From assembly GCA_035390665.1 (NCBI GenBank), contig DAOOUC010000005.1, forward strand, positions 23,875 to 55,874: DNA of 32,000 nucleotides, read 5' to 3'. The position numbers and the translations under genes were made by a program. The DNA comes from an archaeon (GTDB lineage Archaea > Iainarchaeota > Iainarchaeia > Iainarchaeales > CSSED10-239). The notes beneath the pieces were generated by a model, which worked only from the letters and a program-made list of their open reading frames with translations, made no database searches and was not told where the DNA came from. Below are positions 9,216-17,640 of this stretch, in pieces. How positions within the stretch are numbered: the first letter of the stretch is position 1; the number at the start of each line of letters is the position of its first letter.

Positions 9216-10994
9216 ATGGCAAAAAACATTAGAATCGCAATACTTGATAAAGACAAGTGCCAACCAAAGAGTTGTAATTATCTTTGTAAAAATCTTTGTC
9301 CTGGTGTACGAATGGGTGAAGAAACAATTGTTCTTGAACCACCAAATATCTATCCAATAATTGACGAATCTCTTTGTACTGGTTGCGGAATTTGCCAGAA
9401 TCGTTGCCCACAAAAAGCAATTTCAATTATTAATATTGGAATGGAACTTGATAATCCACTTCATCAATATGGAAAAAATCAATTTAGATTGTTTTCTTTA
9501 CCAACTCTAGAAAAGGGATTTATTACAGGAATCATTGGAAGAAATGGTGCAGGTAAAACTACCGCTCTTAATATCCTTTCAGGAAATCTTATTCCTAATT
9601 TTGGAAATTATAATGAAAAAGGATCTATGGAAAAAACACTTGAATATTTTAGAGGTAAAGCAATCTATAATCATTTTGATGACTTAAAAGATAAGAAAAT
9701 TAATGTTGCATATAAGATTCAAAAAGTAGAAGACATCCCTAAAGTTTTTAATAAAACAATTGGGGAACTTATTAATACAATATCAAAAGATGAAATAGAG
9801 AAAGAAAAAATAATAAAAGAATTAGAACTTGACAAATTATTAAATAAAACACCAAAAGAAATTTCTGGTGGAGAACTTCAAAGAGTTGCAATCGCTTCCA
9901 CTCTTTTAAAGAATGCAAATCTTTATTTCTTTGATGAATATACTACCTTTTTAGATATCAAACAAAGATTTAGAATAGCTAAAATTCTAAGACAAAAGAT
10001 TAATGAAAACAATTCTATGCTTTTAATTGAACACGATCTTGCAATCTTAGATTACATAAGTGATTTTACACATGTCTTCTTTGGGCAAAAACAAGCCTAT
10101 GGTATTTCTTCAAACAAAAAGACCACAAAAAAAGGAATAAATGAATTCTTAGATGGTTTCTTAAAAGAAGAAAACATTAGAATCAGAACATATAATATTG
10201 TTTTTAATAACACACAAGACAAGGGAATTACAAAAAATCAAGAATACTTCAAATATCCTGAATTTACAAAAACTCTTGGAAGTTTTAAACTAATTGCGAA
10301 AGAAGGGGTTGTAAAAAAAGGAGAAGTTATTGGAATACTCGGCCCAAATGCTATTGGCAAAACCACATTTATTAAAACAATTGCTGGAATTGAAAAGGCA
10401 GATACCACAGATGTTGATCTTAAACTTAAAGTGTCTTATAAATCACAATATATAGATATTGATCAAGAAAAAACAGTAAGAGATATCTTTATGGAAAAAG
10501 AAATTGATCAAGAAATATTATCTTTAGAATTAAAAAGACAATTTGAACTTGAACCACTTTATGATCAAAAGATATCTGAACTTAGTGGTGGAGAACTTCA
10601 AAAGGTAGCAATCGCTTATTGTCTTTCAAAAACTGCTGATATTTATCTTATTGATGAACCTAGTGCATTTTTAGATGTTGAACTTAGACTTATTGTTTCA
10701 ACTGCAATAAAAAACATCATAACAAAAACAGAGAAATGTGCATTTGTTGTTGATCATGATCTTTTGTTATTAGATTATATTTCTGATAGAATACTTCTGT
10801 TTACAGGTGAGTGTGGAAAAACAGGAAATGCTGAAAAAATACTTGATATTCAAGAAGCATTTAATAGATTTTTAAAAGAAGAAGAACTAACATTTAGACA
10901 AGATCCAGAAACTAAAAGACCAAGAGCAAACAAACCAGATTCACAAAAAGACAAAGAACAGAAAAAAGAAAATAAATATTATTACACAATGTAA
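9216..10994 (+). CDS. abcE1: ABCE1 / RNase L inhibitor homolog, ribosome recycling ATPase
   Basis: N-terminal Fe-S region 'KDKCQPKSCNYLCKNLCPG' and 'CTGCGICQNRCPQKAI'; two ABC domains with 'GRNGAGKTT' and 'GPNAIGKTT'; signatures 'ISGGELQRVA' and 'LSGGELQKVA'; canonical C-terminus 'KRPRANKPDSQKDKEQKK...YYY'. Confidence 0.97.
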   Translation: MAKNIRIAILDKDKCQPKSCNYLCKNLCPGVRMGEETIVLEPPNIYPIIDESLCTGCGICQNRCPQKAISIINIGMELDNPLHQYGKNQFRLFSLPTLEKGFITGIIGRNGAGKTTALNILSGNLIPNFGNYNEKGSMEKTLEYFRGKAIYNHFDDLKDKKINVAYKIQKVEDIPKVFNKTIGELINTISKDEIEKEKIIKELELDKLLNKTPKEISGGELQRVAIASTLLKNANLYFFDEYTTFLDIKQRFRIAKILRQKINENNSMLLIEHDLAILDYISDFTHVFFGQKQAYGISSNKKTTKKGINEFLDGFLKEENIRIRTYNIVFNNTQDKGITKNQEYFKYPEFTKTLGSFKLIAKEGVVKKGEVIGILGPNAIGKTTFIKTIAGIEKADTTDVDLKLKVSYKSQYIDIDQEKTVRDIFMEKEIDQEILSLELKRQFELEPLYDQKISELSGGELQKVAIAYCLSKTADIYLIDEPSAFLDVELRLIVSTAIKNIITKTEKCAFVVDHDLLLLDYISDRILLFTGECGKTGNAEKILDIQEAFNRFLKEEELTFRQDPETKRPRANKPDSQKDKEQKKENKYYYTM

Positions 10995-11498
10995 TTATGG
11001 GTGCGACAAGTTATAATCAATTTGATTAACTCCTGGGGTGCCGCTCTTTACTGTAACTTTACAATATCCGGAAGATGGGATTGTATCTACTGTTTTTTTT
11101 TCTAAATTTAATTTTCTCTCTACTCTTGTGCTTGTGTTACTTGAATTAGAATCACATATTATTGTTATTTGCCCACTATTACAAACCCCTGAATTACAGA
11201 TTATATTTATGTTTTCATAAGAACAATTTACTCCAGAAGTTTTGTTAAATTTCATTTTTAATGTTGTTAAATAGGATTCAATTCTAGAAGTAATGTTTGT
11301 TGTATTACAATTAACAAAGGCCTGATCTGCTAAGGCATCAGAAACTGCATATTCTGTTAAAAGTGCTAATTGATCTGCTTGAACTAAAACATTTGGTGTG
11401 GAAACTGTGGTTTTATTGGTTGCTACAGGAAATAACAACACTAGCATTACCAATACAAAAAATAATTCAAATAAACCTTTTTGTTCCATAACCTTCAC
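10995..11498 (-). CDS. Small secreted or membrane protein with prepilin-like N-terminus
   Basis: 'MKVMEQKGLFELFFVLVMLVLLFPVA' followed by a polar, Thr/Ser/Cys-containing domain. Start could be the ATG at 11489. Confidence 0.5.
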   Translation of the reverse strand: MKVMEQKGLFELFFVLVMLVLLFPVATNKTTVSTPNVLVQADQLALLTEYAVSDALADQAFVNCNTTNITSRIESYLTTLKMKFNKTSGVNCSYENINIICNSGVCNSGQITIICDSNSSNTSTRVERKLNLEKKTVDTIPSSGYCKVTVKSGTPGVNQIDYNLSHP

Positions 11499-11760
11499 AG
11501 TATTCTTTTTTTCCTATTGCGCTTTGAGAAGCACTATCTTGATCTGGATCATAAATTAAATGTACTGTACACCATTTTGTTTCTGAAGAAGATGTTTCAT
11601 TTGATTGCCCATTAATGAATTTTATAATATTCTGTCCATAATTATTTATTTTTTCTGTATATGCTGGTTTATTATAAACAAAAAGATATAAACTAAAAAA
11701 CATTATTACTAAAGCAACAAAAAATATGGCAGTCATTGAGAAAATAAAACCTTTTTTCAT
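11467..11760 (-). CDS. Small membrane-anchored protein with prepilin-like N-terminus
   Basis: 'MKKGFIFSMTAIFFVALVIMFFSLYLFVY' followed by an extracytoplasmic-type domain. Confidence 0.5.
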   Translation of the reverse strand: MKKGFIFSMTAIFFVALVIMFFSLYLFVYNKPAYTEKINNYGQNIIKFINGQSNETSSSETKWCTVHLIYDPDQDSASQSAIGKKEYCEGYGTKRFI

Positions 11761-11761
11761 A

Positions 11762-12268
11762 TTAATTTGCCCTCCATATTTTTAATGTCCCTTCTTTTTC
11801 TGTTAACCAAGAACATCCTGATTTTATACAATCCAGATATTCTGATTTGCTTTCTTCGGTATTTGGACACGATCCAATTGTAAAATCAATCTCATATATG
11901 TCTCCAGTTGTGGGAACAACCGAATTACATTGATTTGAAGATAATGTAATACCTGAAAGATTACAATTATAATCAGATGGTATTGCTAAATTCTCTTTAG
12001 TTATTGTAGAATTTGTTTTTATGGTTCCTGGGATAAAAAAATTCTGTTGAGGTCCATCTGTTACATAGCATCCATTTTGACCATTGTTCATTAGCATAGT
12101 ATAGGATAAATTCCCAATTCTATTTAATTTTTCTATTTCTCTTTGAGAATTAGAATTATAAATCTCAACTTCAGAAATTTTAAATACAATTAAAAATGCT
12201 AAAATAATTAAAGCAACTGCAAATAAAACATCTAAGACAATCATCTGCCCTTTATTATTTAATCTCAT
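11762..12268 (-). CDS. Small Cys-rich protein with prepilin-like N-terminus
   Basis: 'MRLNNKGQMIVLDVLFAVALIILAFLIVFKI', then a domain with several cysteines. Confidence 0.55.
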   Translation of the reverse strand: MRLNNKGQMIVLDVLFAVALIILAFLIVFKISEVEIYNSNSQREIEKLNRIGNLSYTMLMNNGQNGCYVTDGPQQNFFIPGTIKTNSTITKENLAIPSDYNCNLSGITLSSNQCNSVVPTTGDIYEIDFTIGSCPNTEESKSEYLDCIKSGCSWLTEKEGTLKIWRAN

Positions 12269-12282
12269 TTTATTTACTCTCT

Positions 12283-12732
12283 TTAATTACATACGATTTT
12301 TTTATTTGCTGTATTAAATGTACAAACAATCTCATTACCGCACATTATTTCTGATGGCAAGGTAAAAGTTACCACCGGTAAAGAAACTCCATAATTATAG
12401 GAAACAACCCAATCACTATTTACATCAACTCTTATTGCTGTTTCAGACAAAGAAATCTTACATGGAATCCTTTTACTTGCTAAATCTATTGCGGGAATTT
12501 TATAACTAGATTGATAATTAATTATTTCATTTTGATGATAATTAATGATATTTTTTTGTAATTGTAAAAATTCATTTAAAGACAAAGCAATATCTTGTTC
12601 TTGTTCTTTAATTTTAGAAAGTTCTAAACTATAGACTGTTTGTTCTGCTAAAGTATTATAAACATAAATAAATGCAATAAGAAATAATACAACAATTAAT
12701 AATTCTATAGATATTTGACCTTTCTTAAACAT
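12283..12732 (-). CDS. Class III signal peptide-containing (archaeal type IV pilin-like) protein
   Basis: 'MFKKGQISIELLIVVLFLIAFIYVYNTLAEQ' matches the class III prepilin motif K-G/Q-x-x-x-E followed by a hydrophobic helix. Confidence 0.7.
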   Translation of the reverse strand: MFKKGQISIELLIVVLFLIAFIYVYNTLAEQTVYSLELSKIKEQEQDIALSLNEFLQLQKNIINYHQNEIINYQSSYKIPAIDLASKRIPCKISLSETAIRVDVNSDWVVSYNYGVSLPVVTFTLPSEIMCGNEIVCTFNTANKKIVCN

Positions 12733-12777
12733 ATTTATCTAATAAAAGAAAGAAAGAAATAGTTTTTAAACTTGTGT

Positions 12778-13047
12778 TTATACTAAAGTTGTAGAAATAG
12801 CTTCAATTTCATTTACGCCTGGTATTGCTTTTAAGAAATTTTCTTGTTTCTCTAAAAGACCATCTACTTTATCAGAAAATACATAAGAAACCATAACTAC
12901 ACTTAAACCAAAACCTATTGGCTCTAATGCTACTGAATTTAATCTAAATTCTTCTCCTGGAGAATTGTTTTTTAGATATTCTTGAATTTTTTCTGTATCT
13001 TCAACTTCTTCTGGAAATAATTTATAAACTGTTAAAACATGTCCCAT
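12778..13047 (-). CDS. ef1b: Translation elongation factor 1-beta (aEF1B)
   Basis: 89 aa, 'VLTVYKLFPEEVEDTEKI...VALEPIGFGLSVVMVSYVFSDK'; located next to the small Zn-ribbon gene, as in many archaea. Confidence 0.85.
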   Translation of the reverse strand: MGHVLTVYKLFPEEVEDTEKIQEYLKNNSPGEEFRLNSVALEPIGFGLSVVMVSYVFSDKVDGLLEKQENFLKAIPGVNEIEAISTTLV

Positions 13048-13064
13048 TTAATATCTCTCCTAAC

Positions 13065-13220
13065 TTATGGTCCTATAAAACCACATTCTTTACATCTATA
13101 TGTTTTTGAGGTTGCTTTACATCTATTACATCTAATTACTTTTGTCTTACCACAAGATGGGCATTTAAATTGTGTGTAGTTTGTTGTAACCTCTTTATTA
13201 CATCCTGTACATTTATCCAT
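13065..13220 (-). CDS. Small zinc-finger protein (archaeal HVO_2753-like, four Cys-x2-Cys knuckles), not in the ORF track
   Basis: My translation: MDKCTGCNKEVTTNYTQFKCPSCGKTKVIRCNRCKATSKTYRCKECGFIGP*. Directly upstream of the aEF1B gene on the same strand. Confidence 0.85.
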   Translation of the reverse strand: MDKCTGCNKEVTTNYTQFKCPSCGKTKVIRCNRCKATSKTYRCKECGFIGP

Positions 13221-13268
13221 AATTTAACACTCCTTTTTTAAAAAACGAATTATTTAATAATTAAAGTC

Positions 13269-13285
13269 TTATATAAATATATATA
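13269..13285 (+). promoter_or_regulatory. Candidate TATA box for tRNA-Arg
   Basis: 'ttatataaatatatata' ends about 20 nt before the tRNA 5' end at 13306; its centre is about 29 nt upstream. Confidence 0.5.
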
Positions 13286-13305
13286 GAAAGAATATTTTTA
13301 TAAAT

Positions 13306-13379
13306 GGGTTTGTAGCATAGCCTGGATAGTGCAACTGGCTTCGGACCTGTAGACGGGGGTTCAAATCCTCCCAAACCCG
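13306..13379 (+). tRNA. tRNA-Arg (anticodon UCG), no encoded CCA
   Basis: Cloverleaf by eye: acceptor GGGTTTG/CAAACCC, discriminator G; D arm GCAT/GTGC with loop AGCCTGGATA; anticodon arm ACTGG-CTTCGGA-CCTGT; T arm GGGGG-TTCAAAT-CCTCC. Loop CUUCGGA gives anticodon UCG. The D-loop A and discriminator G fit archaeal tRNA-Arg. Confidence 0.92.
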
Positions 13380-13397
13380 TTTTTAAGAGGAAAAGTT

Positions 13398-14288
13398 ATG
13401 GCAATAACAAGAACATTAAAAGTTATTGGAAAAACTAGAAAACAAAGTCTTTTGGATAACCTTAACCGTAAATTAAAAAGAAGTAACTCTTCAGAAATCA
13501 TTACCAATAGAGAAATAACAAGAAAATATAAACAATATAGAACTACTTCTCAAAGAATAATACTACAAACTCAAAAAATGCTTGAAAGATTTTCAAAAGA
13601 ACCTAAATTAAAAGATGCACAATTTGTTTTCTTAGATAGAGATGCATTACCATATATGCATATATCTAGAGAACTTTGTCAACAATATGGCTTAAAAAGA
13701 GAACAATTTAAACCAGCAATAATTACAAAAAAAGCAGAAGAACAAATTGGTAGCATTCTTGATAAAATATATAAACACAAAGGAACTATTATTTCAATTA
13801 GTTCTAATGGAGAAGAAATAAGACAAATTGCAAGAAAAATTGAAAGAACTAGAGAAATAAAAAATTTGAAAAAAATTATTTCTGAAGAAATAGATTTAAC
13901 TAAACCTGTTGTTGTTATAGATAGTGGATATCAAGGAACAGCAGTAAAGAAATATCAAATATTATTAAAAGCAATTAATCCTGATATTCAAACATATTCT
14001 TCTATGTTTTTTACAAATTATTTTGCAAGCCTTAATACAGAATATGTAATACTTGATAAGAATGATCATCTTGGAAGCATTAAAGAAATTGAAAACGCAC
14101 CTAAATTTACAGGAAAATTATTAAAAACAGAAGAACGCAGAAAAACAATTACATTTAAAAGACAAAAAGAAAGTAGCCCAGATATTAATTTAATTGGTGG
14201 TTATCCTGAACAAGCTAATGCAGAAATATTTATGATTGCACTTAGAAACCAACTTGCAAGATATAAGAAAGAAAAAGGAATAAATTAA
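13398..14288 (+). CDS. Uncharacterised paralog A, 'FLDRDALPYMHI...VVVIDSGYQGT' family
   Basis: 296 aa. GAGG-like Shine-Dalgarno just upstream. Strong similarity to the next ORF. Confidence 0.75.
   Translation: MAITRTLKVIGKTRKQSLLDNLNRKLKRSNSSEIITNREITRKYKQYRTTSQRIILQTQKMLERFSKEPKLKDAQFVFLDRDALPYMHISRELCQQYGLKREQFKPAIITKKAEEQIGSILDKIYKHKGTIISISSNGEEIRQIARKIERTREIKNLKKIISEEIDLTKPVVVIDSGYQGTAVKKYQILLKAINPDIQTYSSMFFTNYFASLNTEYVILDKNDHLGSIKEIENAPKFTGKLLKTEERRKTITFKRQKESSPDINLIGGYPEQANAEIFMIALRNQLARYKKEKGIN
14214..14281 (+). repeat. Direct repeat copy 1 (3' segment of paralog A)
   Basis: gctaatgcagaaatatttatgattgcacttagaaaccaacttgcaagatataagaaagaaaaaggaat; matches 15085..15152 with one mismatch by eye. 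Confidence 0.85.
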
Positions 14289-14289
14289 T

Positions 14290-15159
14290 ATGGCAATTAC
14301 TAAAACTTTAAAGGTAATTGGAAGAACCAAAAGAGAAACATTATTAGAAAACTTAATTAGAAAACAAAAAAAATTCAGAGAAGTAGTTACAATTCCAGAA
14401 ATGAAAAAAAGAATAAATACAAAATATCGTCAATATAGAATTAATTCTAAAAAAATCATATTACAAACCGAAAATATGCTTTCTATCTTGTCTAAAGAAC
14501 CAACATTAAGAAATGCAGAATTTGTTTTTCTAGATAGAGATGCTTTGCCTTATATGCATATTGCTAGGGAACTTTGTAAAGAATATGGATTTAATAAAGA
14601 ACAATTTAAACCAATGCTTATAACCAGAGAAGCAGAAAATCACATAGATACAAAATTACATAATATTATAACACCTAAAGAATATGTTGCATTAAGATCA
14701 AACTCTACAGAATTAAAAACAATAGGCCATAAATTACCATTAACTCCGACCACAGAACATTTAAAACTATGGATTAAAAGAAATATAGATCTTAAAAAAC
14801 CAATTGTAGTAATAGATAGCGGGTATAATGGAACCTCTGTAAAAAGAATACAATTTTTATTAGCAGATATTAGTCCAGGAATTAAATCCTATTCTGCTAT
14901 GTTTTATGCAACAGAATTTGCTAAATCAAACATAGATTATTTCTTAGGAGATAAGTCCGCAGATGGTATTGAAACCATTGAAGGTGTGCCTAAATTTAAT
15001 GGGAAATTGCTTGAAATAAATAAAAATGGTAGAATAAAAAGAGAGAAAGAAACAAAAACAAGTACACGTGCGCCATCACAGCCAGCTAATGCAGAAATAT
15101 TTATGATTGCACTTAGAAATCAACTTGCAAGATATAAGAAAGAAAAAGGAATTTTATAA
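14290..15159 (+). CDS. Uncharacterised paralog B, tandem duplicate of 13398..14288
   Basis: 289 aa. Colinear similarity to paralog A (MAITKTLKVIGRTKR..., FVFLDRDALPYMHIARELC, VVVIDSGYNGT, ANAEIFMIALRNQLARYKKEKGI). Confidence 0.75.
   Translation: MAITKTLKVIGRTKRETLLENLIRKQKKFREVVTIPEMKKRINTKYRQYRINSKKIILQTENMLSILSKEPTLRNAEFVFLDRDALPYMHIARELCKEYGFNKEQFKPMLITREAENHIDTKLHNIITPKEYVALRSNSTELKTIGHKLPLTPTTEHLKLWIKRNIDLKKPIVVIDSGYNGTSVKRIQFLLADISPGIKSYSAMFYATEFAKSNIDYFLGDKSADGIETIEGVPKFNGKLLEINKNGRIKREKETKTSTRAPSQPANAEIFMIALRNQLARYKKEKGIL
15085..15152 (+). repeat. Direct repeat copy 2 (3' segment of paralog B)
   Basis: gctaatgcagaaatatttatgattgcacttagaaatcaacttgcaagatataagaaagaaaaaggaat; matches 14214..14281 with one mismatch by eye. 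Confidence 0.85.
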
Positions 15160-16518
15160 GAAATTTTCTCTTGGGAAGAAAAAATCAGTAAAATAGCTTA
15201 AAACCTTTGTGTTCTTTGTGTAAAGTTTAATTATCTCTTGTTCTAAAAATATTTGAGATTTAAGATCGAAATTATTTTGGGAGAAATCTTGAATTAAGTC
15301 TCTAGCATCTGTAAATCTTCTTGCTTTTACACAATACCACCTATCATCTTTAACATATGGACCATAGATTGCTTTGGAATTGTCTATAAACTTTTGAGAG
15401 TTTGTCATATCACTTACATATGGGCCTGTTGTTCTTTCTAATTTTGGTTGAGACAAAGAATCTAACATTAAATAGATATAAGCATATTCGTCTTTTTCTT
15501 CATAATATATATTTGATTTTAAAACAGTAAACTTTTGAGTATCTAGATAGTTATTTAACTTTGTGGATAATTTTCTTAGCTTTGACCAAACAATGTCCTT
15601 TAACATATCTTTTACTTCAAATTCAATTGCAACTAGTGGAACATTATTTACCCAAGTTACTAATTGATGGTATGTTTGTTCTTTTGGATTTTTAGAAAAG
15701 AACTCTGTTGTTGGGTTGTGTAAAAAAGCTCTAGAAGCGGCAATAAATCTAGAAAGTTGTGTTAAACTTACTGCACTTGCCACATTTCTGTTCTTGTCTA
15801 CCGGATCAATTACAACAAAGGCATCATTGAATGGTGCTAAATAATCTATATCTTCTTGATTTAGAACTATTCTAACTGGGGTTTGCCAGTTCCCTACTTT
15901 TTCTATAGTCTTTATGAAATCTCCATAGTAAAGAATTAATAATTCACAAAGATAACCAGAGAAACCTTGATATTGTGGATCTGCTCCATAACAGCCAATA
16001 TACTTTAAGAAATACTTTAATAACCTTATATCGTCTTTTTGAGAATCTTTTAAATTTTTAAGAAGATATTCTAGATGGAAAGGAGTTCTATCAACAGAAG
16101 AAATCATATTTTCTGTGGATTCTATTTTATATGCTGGAACTAAATCAATCTTGTAGCCATCAATTACTCCTCTAACATAAGGATGTTCAGAATATACTTT
16201 TTCAGAAAAATAACCCTTAAAGAAACTTTGACCTAAGTCAAGTGCTTCTCTTGTAAAGTCTTCTTTTTTTAGATCTTTAGGATAAAGTACAAAGATATCA
16301 AAATCCTTTGTTTCTTTTAGATTTGTACCTCTTGCGCTAGAGCCAGCAAGAACTACATCTATATGACTTCCAGGCATTTCTTTTATTTTTTTTATTAATG
16401 CACTTGTAAAGTCTTTTTCTTTTTTTATTTGATCATCTGTTGGTTTAATAACAGTCATTAATTTCTTTTTAGTTTCTTTATAATCATCAATTCTTGTTTT
16501 ATCAATTCCAACATACAT
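15154..16518 (-). CDS. cca: Archaeal (class I) CCA-adding enzyme
   Basis: 'VVLAGSSARGTNLKETKDFDIFVLYP', 'YKIDLVPAY' and 'IRLLKYFLKYIGCYGADPQYQGFSGYLCELLILYYG'. Confidence 0.93.
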   Translation of the reverse strand: MYVGIDKTRIDDYKETKKKLMTVIKPTDDQIKKEKDFTSALIKKIKEMPGSHIDVVLAGSSARGTNLKETKDFDIFVLYPKDLKKEDFTREALDLGQSFFKGYFSEKVYSEHPYVRGVIDGYKIDLVPAYKIESTENMISSVDRTPFHLEYLLKNLKDSQKDDIRLLKYFLKYIGCYGADPQYQGFSGYLCELLILYYGDFIKTIEKVGNWQTPVRIVLNQEDIDYLAPFNDAFVVIDPVDKNRNVASAVSLTQLSRFIAASRAFLHNPTTEFFSKNPKEQTYHQLVTWVNNVPLVAIEFEVKDMLKDIVWSKLRKLSTKLNNYLDTQKFTVLKSNIYYEEKDEYAYIYLMLDSLSQPKLERTTGPYVSDMTNSQKFIDNSKAIYGPYVKDDRWYCVKARRFTDARDLIQDFSQNNFDLKSQIFLEQEIIKLYTKNTKVLSYFTDFFFPRENFL

Positions 16519-16653
16519 ATTTTTTCACAACTCTTTTCAAATTAAAAATAGAATATATAACTTGATAACAAAGTTATTATAAACTTAATTTATTTAAAAA
16601 ACAGATTCATTTTATAATAATTATGCCAATTATATTATTTAGGAGAAAAAATT

Positions 16654-17640
16654 ATGTCATTAAAAGAAACAATTATTAGAGAACTTGAAATTCTTAAAAA
16701 AGAATTAACAAAAAAAGATTGCCCTGTAGCTATACAGATTCCTGAAGGACTAAAACAATTTTCTACTTTGATTCTTAAAGAACTTGAAGGGCTTTCTCCT
16801 GCTCTTTTTGTGGATCCTTGCTTTGGGGCTTGTGATCTTAAGGCTACAGAAGCAAAAGCTCTAGGCTATAAAACGCTTTTACATTTCGGACATAAGGAAT
16901 TACCTAGTCTTAAAAAAACAAAAATTAAAACAATCTATGTTCCGCTTGATTATCAATTGGATAAAGAACAAATGGATTTTATTGTTACTGAAATTAAAAA
17001 ACTTAATTACAAGAAAGTAAATATTGTAACTACTGCTCAATATCTTTCTACAATCTCTTTAATTAAAGAAGAACTTAAAACAAACGGAATAGAAACAATA
17101 GAATCAAAAGAAACCAAAAGGTTACAAAAGCATCAGATACTCGGGTGTGATTGCTCAAACATAATAGATAAAATAAATCCAATAATTTTTATCGGAGACG
17201 GATATTTCCATGTTAATAATATAAGTTATATTCACAAGAAACAAGAAATTTACATAATAAATCCATTATCTAAAACCTCTGAGAAAAAGATATATGACGA
17301 ATTACTTTTAAGACAAAGATATGCTGCAATCGCTAAAGCCATAGAATGCAAAAGCTTTGGAATACTTGTAAGCACAAAGATTGGACAAAATAGATTAAAA
17401 CTTGCTTTAAAGATTAAACAGAAATTAGATGAAATAGGAAAAACAACTTACATTTTAATTAGCGACTACATTAACGAGAATTATCTTCTTGGAATTGATG
17501 TAGATTGCTATGTTAATACGGCTTGCCCAAGATTAGTATACGATGATTTTAGAAACTTTAAAAAACCAATAATTAGCGCAACTGAAATTGAGCAGATATT
17601 AGATATAAAAAAAGAAATAAAAATTGATCAAATAAATTAA
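16654..17640 (+). CDS. dph2: Diphthamide biosynthesis enzyme Dph2 (radical 3-amino-3-carboxypropyl transferase)
   Basis: 'VAIQIPEGLKQFS', 'DPCFGACDLKA', 'QILGCDCSN' and 'VNTACPRLVYDD' carry the three cluster cysteines. Confidence 0.92.
   Translation: MSLKETIIRELEILKKELTKKDCPVAIQIPEGLKQFSTLILKELEGLSPALFVDPCFGACDLKATEAKALGYKTLLHFGHKELPSLKKTKIKTIYVPLDYQLDKEQMDFIVTEIKKLNYKKVNIVTTAQYLSTISLIKEELKTNGIETIESKETKRLQKHQILGCDCSNIIDKINPIIFIGDGYFHVNNISYIHKKQEIYIINPLSKTSEKKIYDELLLRQRYAAIAKAIECKSFGILVSTKIGQNRLKLALKIKQKLDEIGKTTYILISDYINENYLLGIDVDCYVNTACPRLVYDDFRNFKKPIISATEIEQILDIKKEIKIDQIN

Noticed and set aside
6938-9426. Antisense or alternative-frame ORFs (6938-7129, 7310-7513, 7435-7686, 7846-8040, 9039-9413, 9065-9256, 9229-9426)
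   Set aside because: All overlap strongly supported serine dehydratase, rfcL, JAMM-like or ABCE1 coding frames and show no independent motif.
13306-15159. Integrated mobile element using tRNA-Arg as attachment site
   Set aside because: No integrase and no second copy of the tRNA 3' end (GGGTTCAAATCCTCCCAAACCCG) were seen downstream of the paralog pair; the next gene is the core cca gene.
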